Source: Candidatus Peregrinibacteria bacterium (GTDB taxonomy: Bacteria; Patescibacteriota; Gracilibacteria; UBA1369; PNNO01). From it: a stretch of 40,000 nt of DNA. The DNA is taken from NCBI GenBank assembly GCA_016928915.1, contig JAFGJT010000008.1:71546-111545 (forward strand), given 5' to 3'. Positions within the stretch are counted from its first letter, which is position 1, and every line of letters begins with the position of its first letter. The translations under genes were made by a program, and so were the position numbers. The notes beneath the pieces are model-generated. The model was not told the DNA's origin. It searched no databases and saw only the letters and a list, made by a program, of their open reading frames with translations. Shown here in pieces: positions 32,716 through 40,000 of the stretch.

Positions 32716-35187
32716 ATGGGAAATCCAAATGTATTTCATAAGAAGGTTGAAAAAGAGATCGCTGCTTTAAAATTGAATGAAAAACCAAAAGAAAAGGGTA
32801 CAAAGGAAGAGCTGCTCAAAGAAAAAGCAAAATATGAAAAACTTAAGGATAAACTTAAAGAATTAAAGAAAAAGCTTAAAGCGACAATGCCAAAATACAC
32901 AGAAGATCAGAGGATAACTGAAAAAGAAGCAAATGAAATTTTTAAATCAATTTCACCAGAATTACTAAAAGAGCTCGGAATTGAAAATTCGTTGCATCTT
33001 ATGAATTTTACGGGGATTTATTCGATATCAGAACAGAAATTGTATATGGAGATTAATGATAAGCTTATAACTAATCCAAAAGAGCTTTTTAAAAATGTTG
33101 CTGTTTTTAAAAACGCCCCATGGGCTTTTGAAGTGCTTTGTGAAGCAATATTTAGAAATCCTACAGATTGTTCGGAAGAGACATTTGAAAATATTAAATT
33201 ATTTATAGAAAAATCCTGGGCAATAAATATTGTCAGCCTTGCGGCACCTTTTTGTCCGGATGAAGCTGTGAGAAATTATTCACTTTATAAAAAATTAACA
33301 GGATCGAATGAGATTTTTAAAATGGTTGCCTCATTAGCTGATGGAAGTTGTTTATTTGATTGCCTTGAAGATTTTATAAATGCTTCTTTTGCAAAAGACA
33401 TTTTACAAAGTAAATTTCTAAAAGACCCCGAATCTTCGTTTCTTGCATTTAGTAAAATTGATAAATATAGTCATATGCCATGGGCAGAAGAAATAATTAA
33501 ATCAGCTATAGATGTAACGCCAAATGAAAATTTTGAAGATTTTTTTAAAATATTAAAGAATAAAAATCTTCCACATTTAAAAGAGATTGTAATTTACGCA
33601 ATAAACAAAAAAGTAGACTATTTTTTAACGAATTATTTTACTGAGAAAGAAAAATATAAAGATATTGTAAATGAAAAAGATGTATTAAATATTTTCATAA
33701 ATCATTTCATAAACGATCCTTCGCTGGCCATTAAATATTATCCTTTATATAAGGATATGCCGTACGCAAAAAAAATTATCCAATCAGTTAGTCATTTAAT
33801 AAATAAGAATGATTTGCCGATTTTAAATGACGATTTCCCTGAACTGGTCCCTGAAGAACAGAAGAATGTACTGAAAATATTGGATAGATCTCCTGAAAAA
33901 GCTTTTACTTGGCTGGAGGCATATGAAAAACAACCTTATGCAAAAAATATATTGATTCGCGCAGCTATAAAATATCCTAAATCAGCTATTATATATTTTA
34001 AAAATTATAAAGACAAAATTTATGCACAAGAAATTTTAGAAACAGCTATAAAAGCTATAGATGGTAAATCATTGAATGAAGGTTTTCTGTTCAAATCGGC
34101 ATATGCTTCTATAAAATTTTTAAAATCCAAAACAGAAAAGTATTTAATATCACTGCTTAATTCTAAAATGAAAGATTATAAAAAGTTTATTGATGATATT
34201 TTGGGAAATACGATTCAATATACTATTAATTCAGAGTTTAAAAATATTAAACCTAAAGCTGGAGAAATTGAGGGGAGAAGTAAACAGTCGATAGATCTTT
34301 TTTGGAATGACCCTTCTGTCAAAAAAGTTCTAAAGATTCCATTTAAATGGATAATTATTAATAAATTTGTTAAATCTGCTGAAAAAAATGATTTACGTTT
34401 AATGGTAGCTCGTAATTTATATTTTCAAAATAAAAAAATAACATTTATAAATGTACAAACAGAGCTCAAACGTATTCTTGAACAACCCGAAGAATATAAG
34501 GACACCCCAGTTTTTAAAGGCCGAAAAGTACTAATGATGGCCCATAATGAAAAATGGGCTAATAATACATATAGATTTGGATGTACTGGTTTAATGGAAA
34601 ATATAAAAAAACAGGGTGGAAAAATTCAGTTATTTAGAGAGGAATCCAATATGGAGGGAAAAATTATACATAAGAAAAAAAATATTTTAAAAGCCATAAC
34701 AAATACTCCGCCTCCTTTAACAATTTATTTTGATGCACACGGAGCACCTGATGGTATTTATTTTTCAAACAAGTCTACTATTCATATAAACCAATCTGAA
34801 TTGGTGGAAGCATTAAAAAAAAGGAATGAAAAATATGCTAACGAACCCACTCCTATAATAATCTATGATCAATGTAATTCCAGTAAGTTTTTAAGGGGGG
34901 TTTATCAAAAATTAAAATTTTTTCCTAAGCCTATTTCAATTGGGACATCAGAATATGGGCAATTGGGATTTTCAGGAACTTCGGATGAAATTTTTATGTT
35001 TAAAGACAATAAAACCCATCCTATAACACTAAAAAATATTATATTAAATTCCAGACAAGTATATACTTTTAATTCTGTGATTTATATACCTTCAAAAAAA
35101 GGTCGTATTATGCAGGTTGCGGAAAAGAAAAGAAAAAAACAAAGAAAAACTATAGGACAAAACGAATCAGAAAAAGCAAATGCTTAA
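32716..35187 (+). CDS. Hypothetical 823-aa protein: N-terminal coiled coil, helical repeat region, C-terminal putative caspase-fold (clan CD-like) cysteine peptidase domain
   Basis: It contains repeats of [PS]-[WYF]-A-x-x-[IV]-[ILV] (residues 135, 167, 225, 255, 349, 407, 435). The C-terminal region shows beta-strand-H-G (LTIYFDAHG, His675 at 34738..34740) and beta-strand-C (IIIYDQCNS, Cys720 at 34873..34875), 45 residues apart. Confidence 0.6.
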   Translation: MGNPNVFHKKVEKEIAALKLNEKPKEKGTKEELLKEKAKYEKLKDKLKELKKKLKATMPKYTEDQRITEKEANEIFKSISPELLKELGIENSLHLMNFTGIYSISEQKLYMEINDKLITNPKELFKNVAVFKNAPWAFEVLCEAIFRNPTDCSEETFENIKLFIEKSWAINIVSLAAPFCPDEAVRNYSLYKKLTGSNEIFKMVASLADGSCLFDCLEDFINASFAKDILQSKFLKDPESSFLAFSKIDKYSHMPWAEEIIKSAIDVTPNENFEDFFKILKNKNLPHLKEIVIYAINKKVDYFLTNYFTEKEKYKDIVNEKDVLNIFINHFINDPSLAIKYYPLYKDMPYAKKIIQSVSHLINKNDLPILNDDFPELVPEEQKNVLKILDRSPEKAFTWLEAYEKQPYAKNILIRAAIKYPKSAIIYFKNYKDKIYAQEILETAIKAIDGKSLNEGFLFKSAYASIKFLKSKTEKYLISLLNSKMKDYKKFIDDILGNTIQYTINSEFKNIKPKAGEIEGRSKQSIDLFWNDPSVKKVLKIPFKWIIINKFVKSAEKNDLRLMVARNLYFQNKKITFINVQTELKRILEQPEEYKDTPVFKGRKVLMMAHNEKWANNTYRFGCTGLMENIKKQGGKIQLFREESNMEGKIIHKKKNILKAITNTPPPLTIYFDAHGAPDGIYFSNKSTIHINQSELVEALKKRNEKYANEPTPIIIYDQCNSSKFLRGVYQKLKFFPKPISIGTSEYGQLGFSGTSDEIFMFKDNKTHPITLKNIILNSRQVYTFNSVIYIPSKKGRIMQVAEKKRKKQRKTIGQNESEKANA

Positions 35188-35236
35188 TATTATTCTTTGA
35201 CTTAAGCGCGTTTTGAAACTCCGGCTCTTTTGGCGA

Positions 35237-36133
35237 TTATTTTGAAAGAACGCATGTGATTTGTTTTACAAGAAGCTCATCCAGTACGGGCAGACCGGTA
35301 AGGAATTTTAATACCGGGTTATTCCATTTTTCGTTAAAATAGTAGGAACATTTTATATTATTATTTTTTCTTAGATTTTTGAGGATTTTTTTAAATTTGC
35401 GTGTGGAAATATGGTTCAGATAAGTGAATTTTTCTTTTTCGTTAATTTTGCCGATTCTGAAATTGATTCGTTCTTGACCGTCCGGCAGATTCTGCACCAG
35501 TTTTTTGTATAATTTTATGCGAAATTGTTCGGTGGTAAAAACATGAAGCCACGGAATTGATATCACATCGGTAAGATGGTGCCCGTATGCATGATAGTAT
35601 GTGGCTAAGTTTATACATATGCTGCCTCCGGGGCGTATTACTCTTGAGGCTTCTTTAAGCGCTTTTTCGGGATTAGGTATGTGTTCAAGCGCATCATTTA
35701 GAAAAACAACATCAAAGGAGTTGTCTTTAAATGGAAGTTCTTTTGCGCTTGCCACCTTGAATTTTATTTTTTCCGATAAATTTTTTTCCGCTGCAAATTT
35801 TTTTGCCTGATCAATAAAATTTTTAGAAATATCAATACCGGTCATTGTTTTTAGTTCGGTATTTTCTGCAAGCCAGATGCTTTTTCCTCCTCCTCCGCAT
35901 GCGATATCAAGAACTTCTTTATCATTTAATGATTTCAAAAAGTCCAAATTGCCGCCTTCGAAAGCCTTAAAAGCCGTCTGATATGCAAGATTATATTCAA
36001 AATCAGTATAAGATAATTTCTGATCCTTGTTTTTTTTATCATTAAAAGGATGGGGAAGCGGACGAAAACGTTTATTTATAAAAAGCACCAGCTTTTCGCC
36101 CAAAGTAAAATTTTGAACTGAACTTTCTTTCAT
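35237..36133 (-). CDS. Class I SAM-dependent methyltransferase (Methyltransf_11/25-like)
   Basis: Motif I VLDIACGGGGKS and post-I/II DVVFLNDALEHIPNPEKALKEASRVIRPGG. The start lies 12 nt after the fusA stop. Confidence 0.8.
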   Translation of the reverse strand: MKESSVQNFTLGEKLVLFINKRFRPLPHPFNDKKNKDQKLSYTDFEYNLAYQTAFKAFEGGNLDFLKSLNDKEVLDIACGGGGKSIWLAENTELKTMTGIDISKNFIDQAKKFAAEKNLSEKIKFKVASAKELPFKDNSFDVVFLNDALEHIPNPEKALKEASRVIRPGGSICINLATYYHAYGHHLTDVISIPWLHVFTTEQFRIKLYKKLVQNLPDGQERINFRIGKINEKEKFTYLNHISTRKFKKILKNLRKNNNIKCSYYFNEKWNNPVLKFLTGLPVLDELLVKQITCVLSK

Positions 36134-36145
36134 TGTTTATAAGGC

Positions 36146-38230
36146 TTATGCACGTTTTACTATACCCGCTCTTGCTGTGATTATTTTTTCAGCAACGTTA
36201 TTTGGCACTTTATTATATTTGCCGAATTCCATTGTATATGATGCGCGACCCTGTGTCATTGACCTCAAGTCTGTTGCGTATCCGAACATTTCAGCCAGAG
36301 GAACTTCGGCCTTGATAAATTTTGCTAAGCTTCTGTCTCCGCTTTCGGTTATTTGTCCGCGTCTTGAGCTTAAATTGCCCATAACATCTCCGAAATAATC
36401 TTCGGGAGTTACAACTTCAACTTTCATAATCGGCTCAAGCAGTACGGGGTTTGCCTGTTTGGCTCCGTTCTGGAAGGCGATTGATCCTGCGATTTTAAAC
36501 GCAAGTTCGGATGAATCCACATCATGATAAGATCCGTCGTAAAGTTCAACTTTAATGTCAACCATCGGATAACTTGCTACTACTCCTCTTGTCATGGCTT
36601 CAATAATACCTTTATTTACAGCGGGAATATATTCGCGCGGGATTCTTCCTCCAACAACTTTATCGACGAATTCATAACCTTTACCCGGCTCCTGCGGCGT
36701 TAAGCGTATAAGTACATGTCCGTACTGTCCGCGGCCTCCTGTCTGTTTTGCGTATTTTTCTTCCGCCTCAACCGGAATCTGAATTGTTTCTCTGTATGCA
36801 ACTTGCGGCTTACCCACATTTGCCTCAACTTTAAATTCTCTTCTTAAGCGGTCAACAATAATTTCAAGGTGAAGCTCTCCCATACCTGCAATAATCGTTT
36901 GTGCGGTTTCTTCATCAGTGTATGTTTGAAAGGTCGGGTCTTCTTCTGCAAGTTTTTGCAGGGCAATACCCATTTTTTCCTGATCAACCTTGGTTTTTGG
37001 CTCAATGGCGATATGGATAACCGGATCAGGGAATTCAATTGATTCAAGAATAATCGGTTTGTTTTCATCGCATAATGTATTGCCGGTCATTGTTGCTTTT
37101 AAGCCGACGGTTGCGGCAATATCTCCGGCTTTCACTTCCTTGATTTCTTCTCTGTGGTTTGCGTGCATCTGAAGTATTCGACCTATTCTTTCTTTTTGTC
37201 TTGATGTGGTGTTGTATACATAGCTGCCCGCTGTAAGCACACCTGAATAAACTCTAAAAAAGCACAGTTTGCCTACAAAAGGGTCGGTTGCTATTTTAAA
37301 GGCAAGCGCGGAAAAAGGTTCATTAAATTCGGCTTTTCTTTCTTCCTGAGTATCGGTATCGGGATTTTTTCCTTTGATGGCGGGAACATCAAGCGGGGAA
37401 GGGAGATAATCCTGAACAGCATCAAGCATAAATTGCACACCGATATTAGCGAGAGCCGATCCGCACAGCACAGGATAAATCTGGTTTGATATTGTTCCTT
37501 TTCTTGTAGCAGCTTTAATTTCTTCTATGGAAATTTCTTTTCCTTCAATAAATTTTTCGGTTAACGCCTCATCACATTCGGCAACTTTTTCAACCATTGT
37601 TGCCCTGAATTTAGCGACCTGATCTTTCATATCATCGGGAATCGGAATTTCAACTATGTTTTCACCGTTTTTTCCCTCGAATTTATATGCTTTTTGTTCA
37701 ACTAAATCAATAATTCCGGAGAAAGTTCCTTCAGCTCCGATCGGAAGCTGAATTGCTACAGCTTTCGGGTTTAATCTTTTATGGATAGAATCAAGGCTCA
37801 TATAAAAATCAGCCCCCATTTTGTCCATTTTATTAATAAAAGCAAGGCGCGGTACCTCATATTTATCGGCTTGTCTCCATACTGTTTCTGACTGCGGTTC
37901 AACACCCTGAGATCCGTCAAATACAACGCATCCTCCGTCAAGAACACGCAGAGAACGTTCAACTTCAGCTGTAAAATCAACGTGTCCCGGAGTGTCGATT
38001 AAGTTTATTCTTACGTCTTTCCAACGGCAGGTTGTGGCTGCGGATGTAATTGTGATGCCCCGTTCTTTTTCCTGTTCCATCCAGTCCATTTCAGCCGCGC
38101 CTTCATGTACTTCACCTATTTTGTGCTTTTTACCGGTGTAAAAAAGCACGCGTTCGGATGTAGTGGTTTTACCCGCGTCAATATGCGCGATAATACCAAT
38201 GTTGCGTATAAGCCGTAAATCTTCAGACAT
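36146..38230 (-). CDS. fusA: Elongation factor G
   Basis: [34 protein letters not shown] and NKMD motifs in a 694-aa ORF. Confidence 0.97.
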   Translation of the reverse strand: MSEDLRLIRNIGIIAHIDAGKTTTSERVLFYTGKKHKIGEVHEGAAEMDWMEQEKERGITITSAATTCRWKDVRINLIDTPGHVDFTAEVERSLRVLDGGCVVFDGSQGVEPQSETVWRQADKYEVPRLAFINKMDKMGADFYMSLDSIHKRLNPKAVAIQLPIGAEGTFSGIIDLVEQKAYKFEGKNGENIVEIPIPDDMKDQVAKFRATMVEKVAECDEALTEKFIEGKEISIEEIKAATRKGTISNQIYPVLCGSALANIGVQFMLDAVQDYLPSPLDVPAIKGKNPDTDTQEERKAEFNEPFSALAFKIATDPFVGKLCFFRVYSGVLTAGSYVYNTTSRQKERIGRILQMHANHREEIKEVKAGDIAATVGLKATMTGNTLCDENKPIILESIEFPDPVIHIAIEPKTKVDQEKMGIALQKLAEEDPTFQTYTDEETAQTIIAGMGELHLEIIVDRLRREFKVEANVGKPQVAYRETIQIPVEAEEKYAKQTGGRGQYGHVLIRLTPQEPGKGYEFVDKVVGGRIPREYIPAVNKGIIEAMTRGVVASYPMVDIKVELYDGSYHDVDSSELAFKIAGSIAFQNGAKQANPVLLEPIMKVEVVTPEDYFGDVMGNLSSRRGQITESGDRSLAKFIKAEVPLAEMFGYATDLRSMTQGRASYTMEFGKYNKVPNNVAEKIITARAGIVKRA

Positions 38231-38258
38231 AATGTTTTTGAGTTAATTTTGCTCAAGT

Positions 38259-38286
38259 ATTATATGTATTTAAAGGGTGAAGTCAA
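38259..38286 (-). promoter_or_regulatory. Candidate fusA promoter
   Basis: TTGACT - 16 nt - TATAAT on the minus strand, about 25 nt upstream of the fusA ATG. Confidence 0.45.
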
Positions 38287-38411
38287 CAAAATTTGCTTCT
38301 ATTGAATTCTGATTATTAAAATTTAAAACATATTAGTCAAGGGGCTTTTGTAACAGCAAAAAATGCGTATAATTATATATGATGCTTTGAATTTTTTAAC
38401 CTAAAAAAGCC

Positions 38412-40000
38412 ATGAAATTACACAAAGTACTGGCCGGAACATTGATTACAGGAATCCTTGCGGGTTTCCTTGTGATCGTCAACAGTGCCGGTGCGTTTGC
38501 AGTTGGGTTTTCAGATGTGCCTACAAGTTATCCTTATTCACAGGCGGTAACTTATTTAAAAGACGAGGGTGTTGTTGAAGGGTATGGCGACGGAACTTAT
38601 TTGCCGGAAAATACGATTGTCCGCGCGGAGTTTGTAAAAATTATTCTGCTTGCAAGCGGTGCAACACCCGAAGGCTCCGACTGTTTTCCCGATGTTAAAA
38701 ATGAATGGTTCGCACCTTATGTGTGTAAAGCAAAATCCCTGGGAATGATCAGCGGTTACCCTGACGGCACATTTAAGCCCGAAAGGCCTATTAATTTTGC
38801 CGAGTCAGGCAGGGTTGTTATAAACGGGCTTGATATTCCTTCTGATGATTTGTTAACAGATACCTGGTTTCATCAGTACGTATCGGCTTTAGAGGACAAA
38901 TCCGCAATCCCTGAAACAGTTGCTACTTTTGACCAGTATATAAACAGGGGAGAAATGGCGGAAATGATTTGGAGACTTCAAGTAAACCCGACCGGCGTTG
39001 AAACTGGTTCATATGACGAACTTTTAAAAAACACACAGGCTGAATTATTTTCAACGATTTCAGACTGCAACCAGTTAAAGGAGAAATTTGCCGTTTCAGG
39101 ATCTAATTATTATTATGATGGAGATGTGAAGATGGCTGTTCAAGAGGCTGAATCCGGTGCAACTTCAACCGCACCTTCGGTTTCTCAGGACGAAGCATCT
39201 GGTCTTGGGGATAGCTCAGCAACACGTGACTATTCTGAAACAAACGTGCAGGTTGCAGGTGTTGACGAGGCAGATATTGTTAAAACGGACGGCGAATATA
39301 TTTATCAAGTTGTCGGCCAGACTGTAAAAATTATCAGGGCGTATCCACCCATGGCTCTTGCCGAACTTGATGCAGTAACTTTTACCGATGATGATTTCTG
39401 GCCGCGCGATATGTATGTGGACGGAAACAAACTTGTGGTTCTCGGAACTTCATATGTTTCTTATCCTTATCCCGTATATAAAGAAGATGCAAGAATTCTT
39501 CCGTATCCTTATTATGGCGGAACGCTCACTAAAATTTTCATTTTTGATATAACCGACAAAACAAATATCAAGAATTTCCGCTCACTTTCGTTTGAGGGAG
39601 ATTATACCCAGTCAAGAAAAGTGGATGAGATGGTTTATGTTGTTATGAACAGGCCCGGATTTTGGGCTTACTCAACGGTTGAAAGCGCCGATGAAATTCT
39701 TCCAAGGTATCAGGATACCGCGGATGAAACCGCCAAGCCCTTATGCGGATGCACGGATGTTAAATACATTCCGGCTTATGAATCGGCAAATTATTTGATT
39801 GTTACCGGTATCCCGATTGATACAAACAATGCTGCAATTTCAAAAGAAGTAATCCTTGGTTCAAGTGAAAATATTTACGCATCAACCGAGCATTTATATG
39901 TTGCCGCAACGGACTGGAATTACTGGATGTACGATTCTTTTAGGGCTCCTTCAAACACCGAGCAGACAACGGTTTATAAGTTTAATCTTGAAAGAGAAAA
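38412..40000 (+). CDS. Secreted SLH-domain protein with a beta-propeller (PF09826/COG4880-like) domain, 3'-truncated by the window end
   Basis: Manual translation gives a signal/anchor (MKLHKVLAGTLITGILAGFLVIVNSAGAFA). Two SLH-like repeats follow (FSDVPTSYPYSQAVTYLKDEGVVEGYGDGTYLPENTIVRAEF and FPDVKNEWFAPYVCKAKSLGMISGYPDGTFKPERPINFAE). Then comes the hallmark DYSETNVQVAGVDEADIVKTDGEYIY. No stop occurs through base 40000. Confidence 0.8.
   Translation, partial: MKLHKVLAGTLITGILAGFLVIVNSAGAFAVGFSDVPTSYPYSQAVTYLKDEGVVEGYGDGTYLPENTIVRAEFVKIILLASGATPEGSDCFPDVKNEWFAPYVCKAKSLGMISGYPDGTFKPERPINFAESGRVVINGLDIPSDDLLTDTWFHQYVSALEDKSAIPETVATFDQYINRGEMAEMIWRLQVNPTGVETGSYDELLKNTQAELFSTISDCNQLKEKFAVSGSNYYYDGDVKMAVQEAESGATSTAPSVSQDEASGLGDSSATRDYSETNVQVAGVDEADIVKTDGEYIYQVVGQTVKIIRAYPPMALAELDAVTFTDDDFWPRDMYVDGNKLVVLGTSYVSYPYPVYKEDARILPYPYYGGTLTKIFIFDITDKTNIKNFRSLSFEGDYTQSRKVDEMVYVVMNRPGFWAYSTVESADEILPRYQDTADETAKPLCGCTDVKYIPAYESANYLIVTGIPIDTNNAAISKEVILGSSENIYASTEHLYVAATDWNYWMYDSFRAPSNTEQTTVYKFNLERE

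Noticed and set aside
32454-35187. Interpreting the 86-aa/823-aa pair as a toxin-antitoxin module
   Set aside because: The sizes and composition (coiled coil plus a large repeat/protease-like protein) do not match known type II TA pairs. No DNA-binding antitoxin fold is recognisable, so only the generic two-gene cassette description is kept.
18165-36145. Classical mobile element (IS, transposon, integron or prophage) as the vehicle for the insertions
   Set aside because: No transposase, integrase or recombinase ORF, no tRNA attachment site, and no terminal inverted or direct repeats were found flanking any of the inserted blocks. The insertions are reported only as synteny breaks.
1-40000. 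Alternative genetic code (UGA recoding, as in some CPR lineages)
   Set aside because: All conserved genes are full length under the standard code. UGA is used as a genuine stop (rpsN at 11691..11693 and the 86-aa ORF at 32712..32714), and no conserved protein is interrupted by in-frame UGA.

Overview
Low-GC bacterial window dominated by one long minus-strand translation-apparatus cluster. Read in the direction of transcription (high to low coordinates) it runs fusA ... tuf ... rpsJ ... rplC-rplD-rplW-rplB-rpsS-rplV-rpsC-rplP-rpmC-rpsQ-rplN-rplX-rplE-rpsN-rpsH-rplF-rplR-rpsE-rplO-secY-adk-map ... infA-rpmJ-rpsM-rpsK-rpsD-rpoA-rplQ-rplM-rpsI ... trmD. Several traits suggest a Candidate Phyla Radiation (Patescibacteria)-like genome, which is an inference: no L30 gene between rpsE and rplO, no Shine-Dalgarno sequences anywhere, extended ribosomal-protein tails and many orphan proteins. 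The standard genetic code applies. No rRNA, tRNA, CRISPR array, transposase or integrase was seen. The interesting parts are the places where the normally tight backbone is broken. (1) Between fusA and tuf sits a SAM methyltransferase plus a visibly AT-rich, opposite-strand two-gene cassette: an 86-aa coiled-coil protein and an 823-aa orphan. The orphan has helical P-[WY]-A-x-x-I-[IL] repeats and a C-terminal caspase-like His/Cys dyad. (2) Between tuf and rpsJ sits a 2139-aa membrane-anchored alpha-2-macroglobulin with an intact CTEQ thioester. It is co-operonic with a THUMP RNA methyltransferase, a small membrane protein and a ferritin-like protein, and a PBP1C-like class A PBP lies nearby. 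(3) Between rpsJ and rplC sit two coupled orphan genes and a SanA/DUF218 gene. (4) Between map and infA sits an antisense patatin-like phospholipase. A family of about 50-65 nt bipartite hairpin elements recurs at least seven times directly on or beside stop codons of operon genes. Each has a UAG-anchored 6-7 bp stem with a UCYN tetraloop, followed by a GC-rich GCGGCC...GGCCGC hairpin. Three genes missing from the ORF track were recovered by eye: rpmJ, 5'-partial trmD and a 3'-open SLH/beta-propeller gene.
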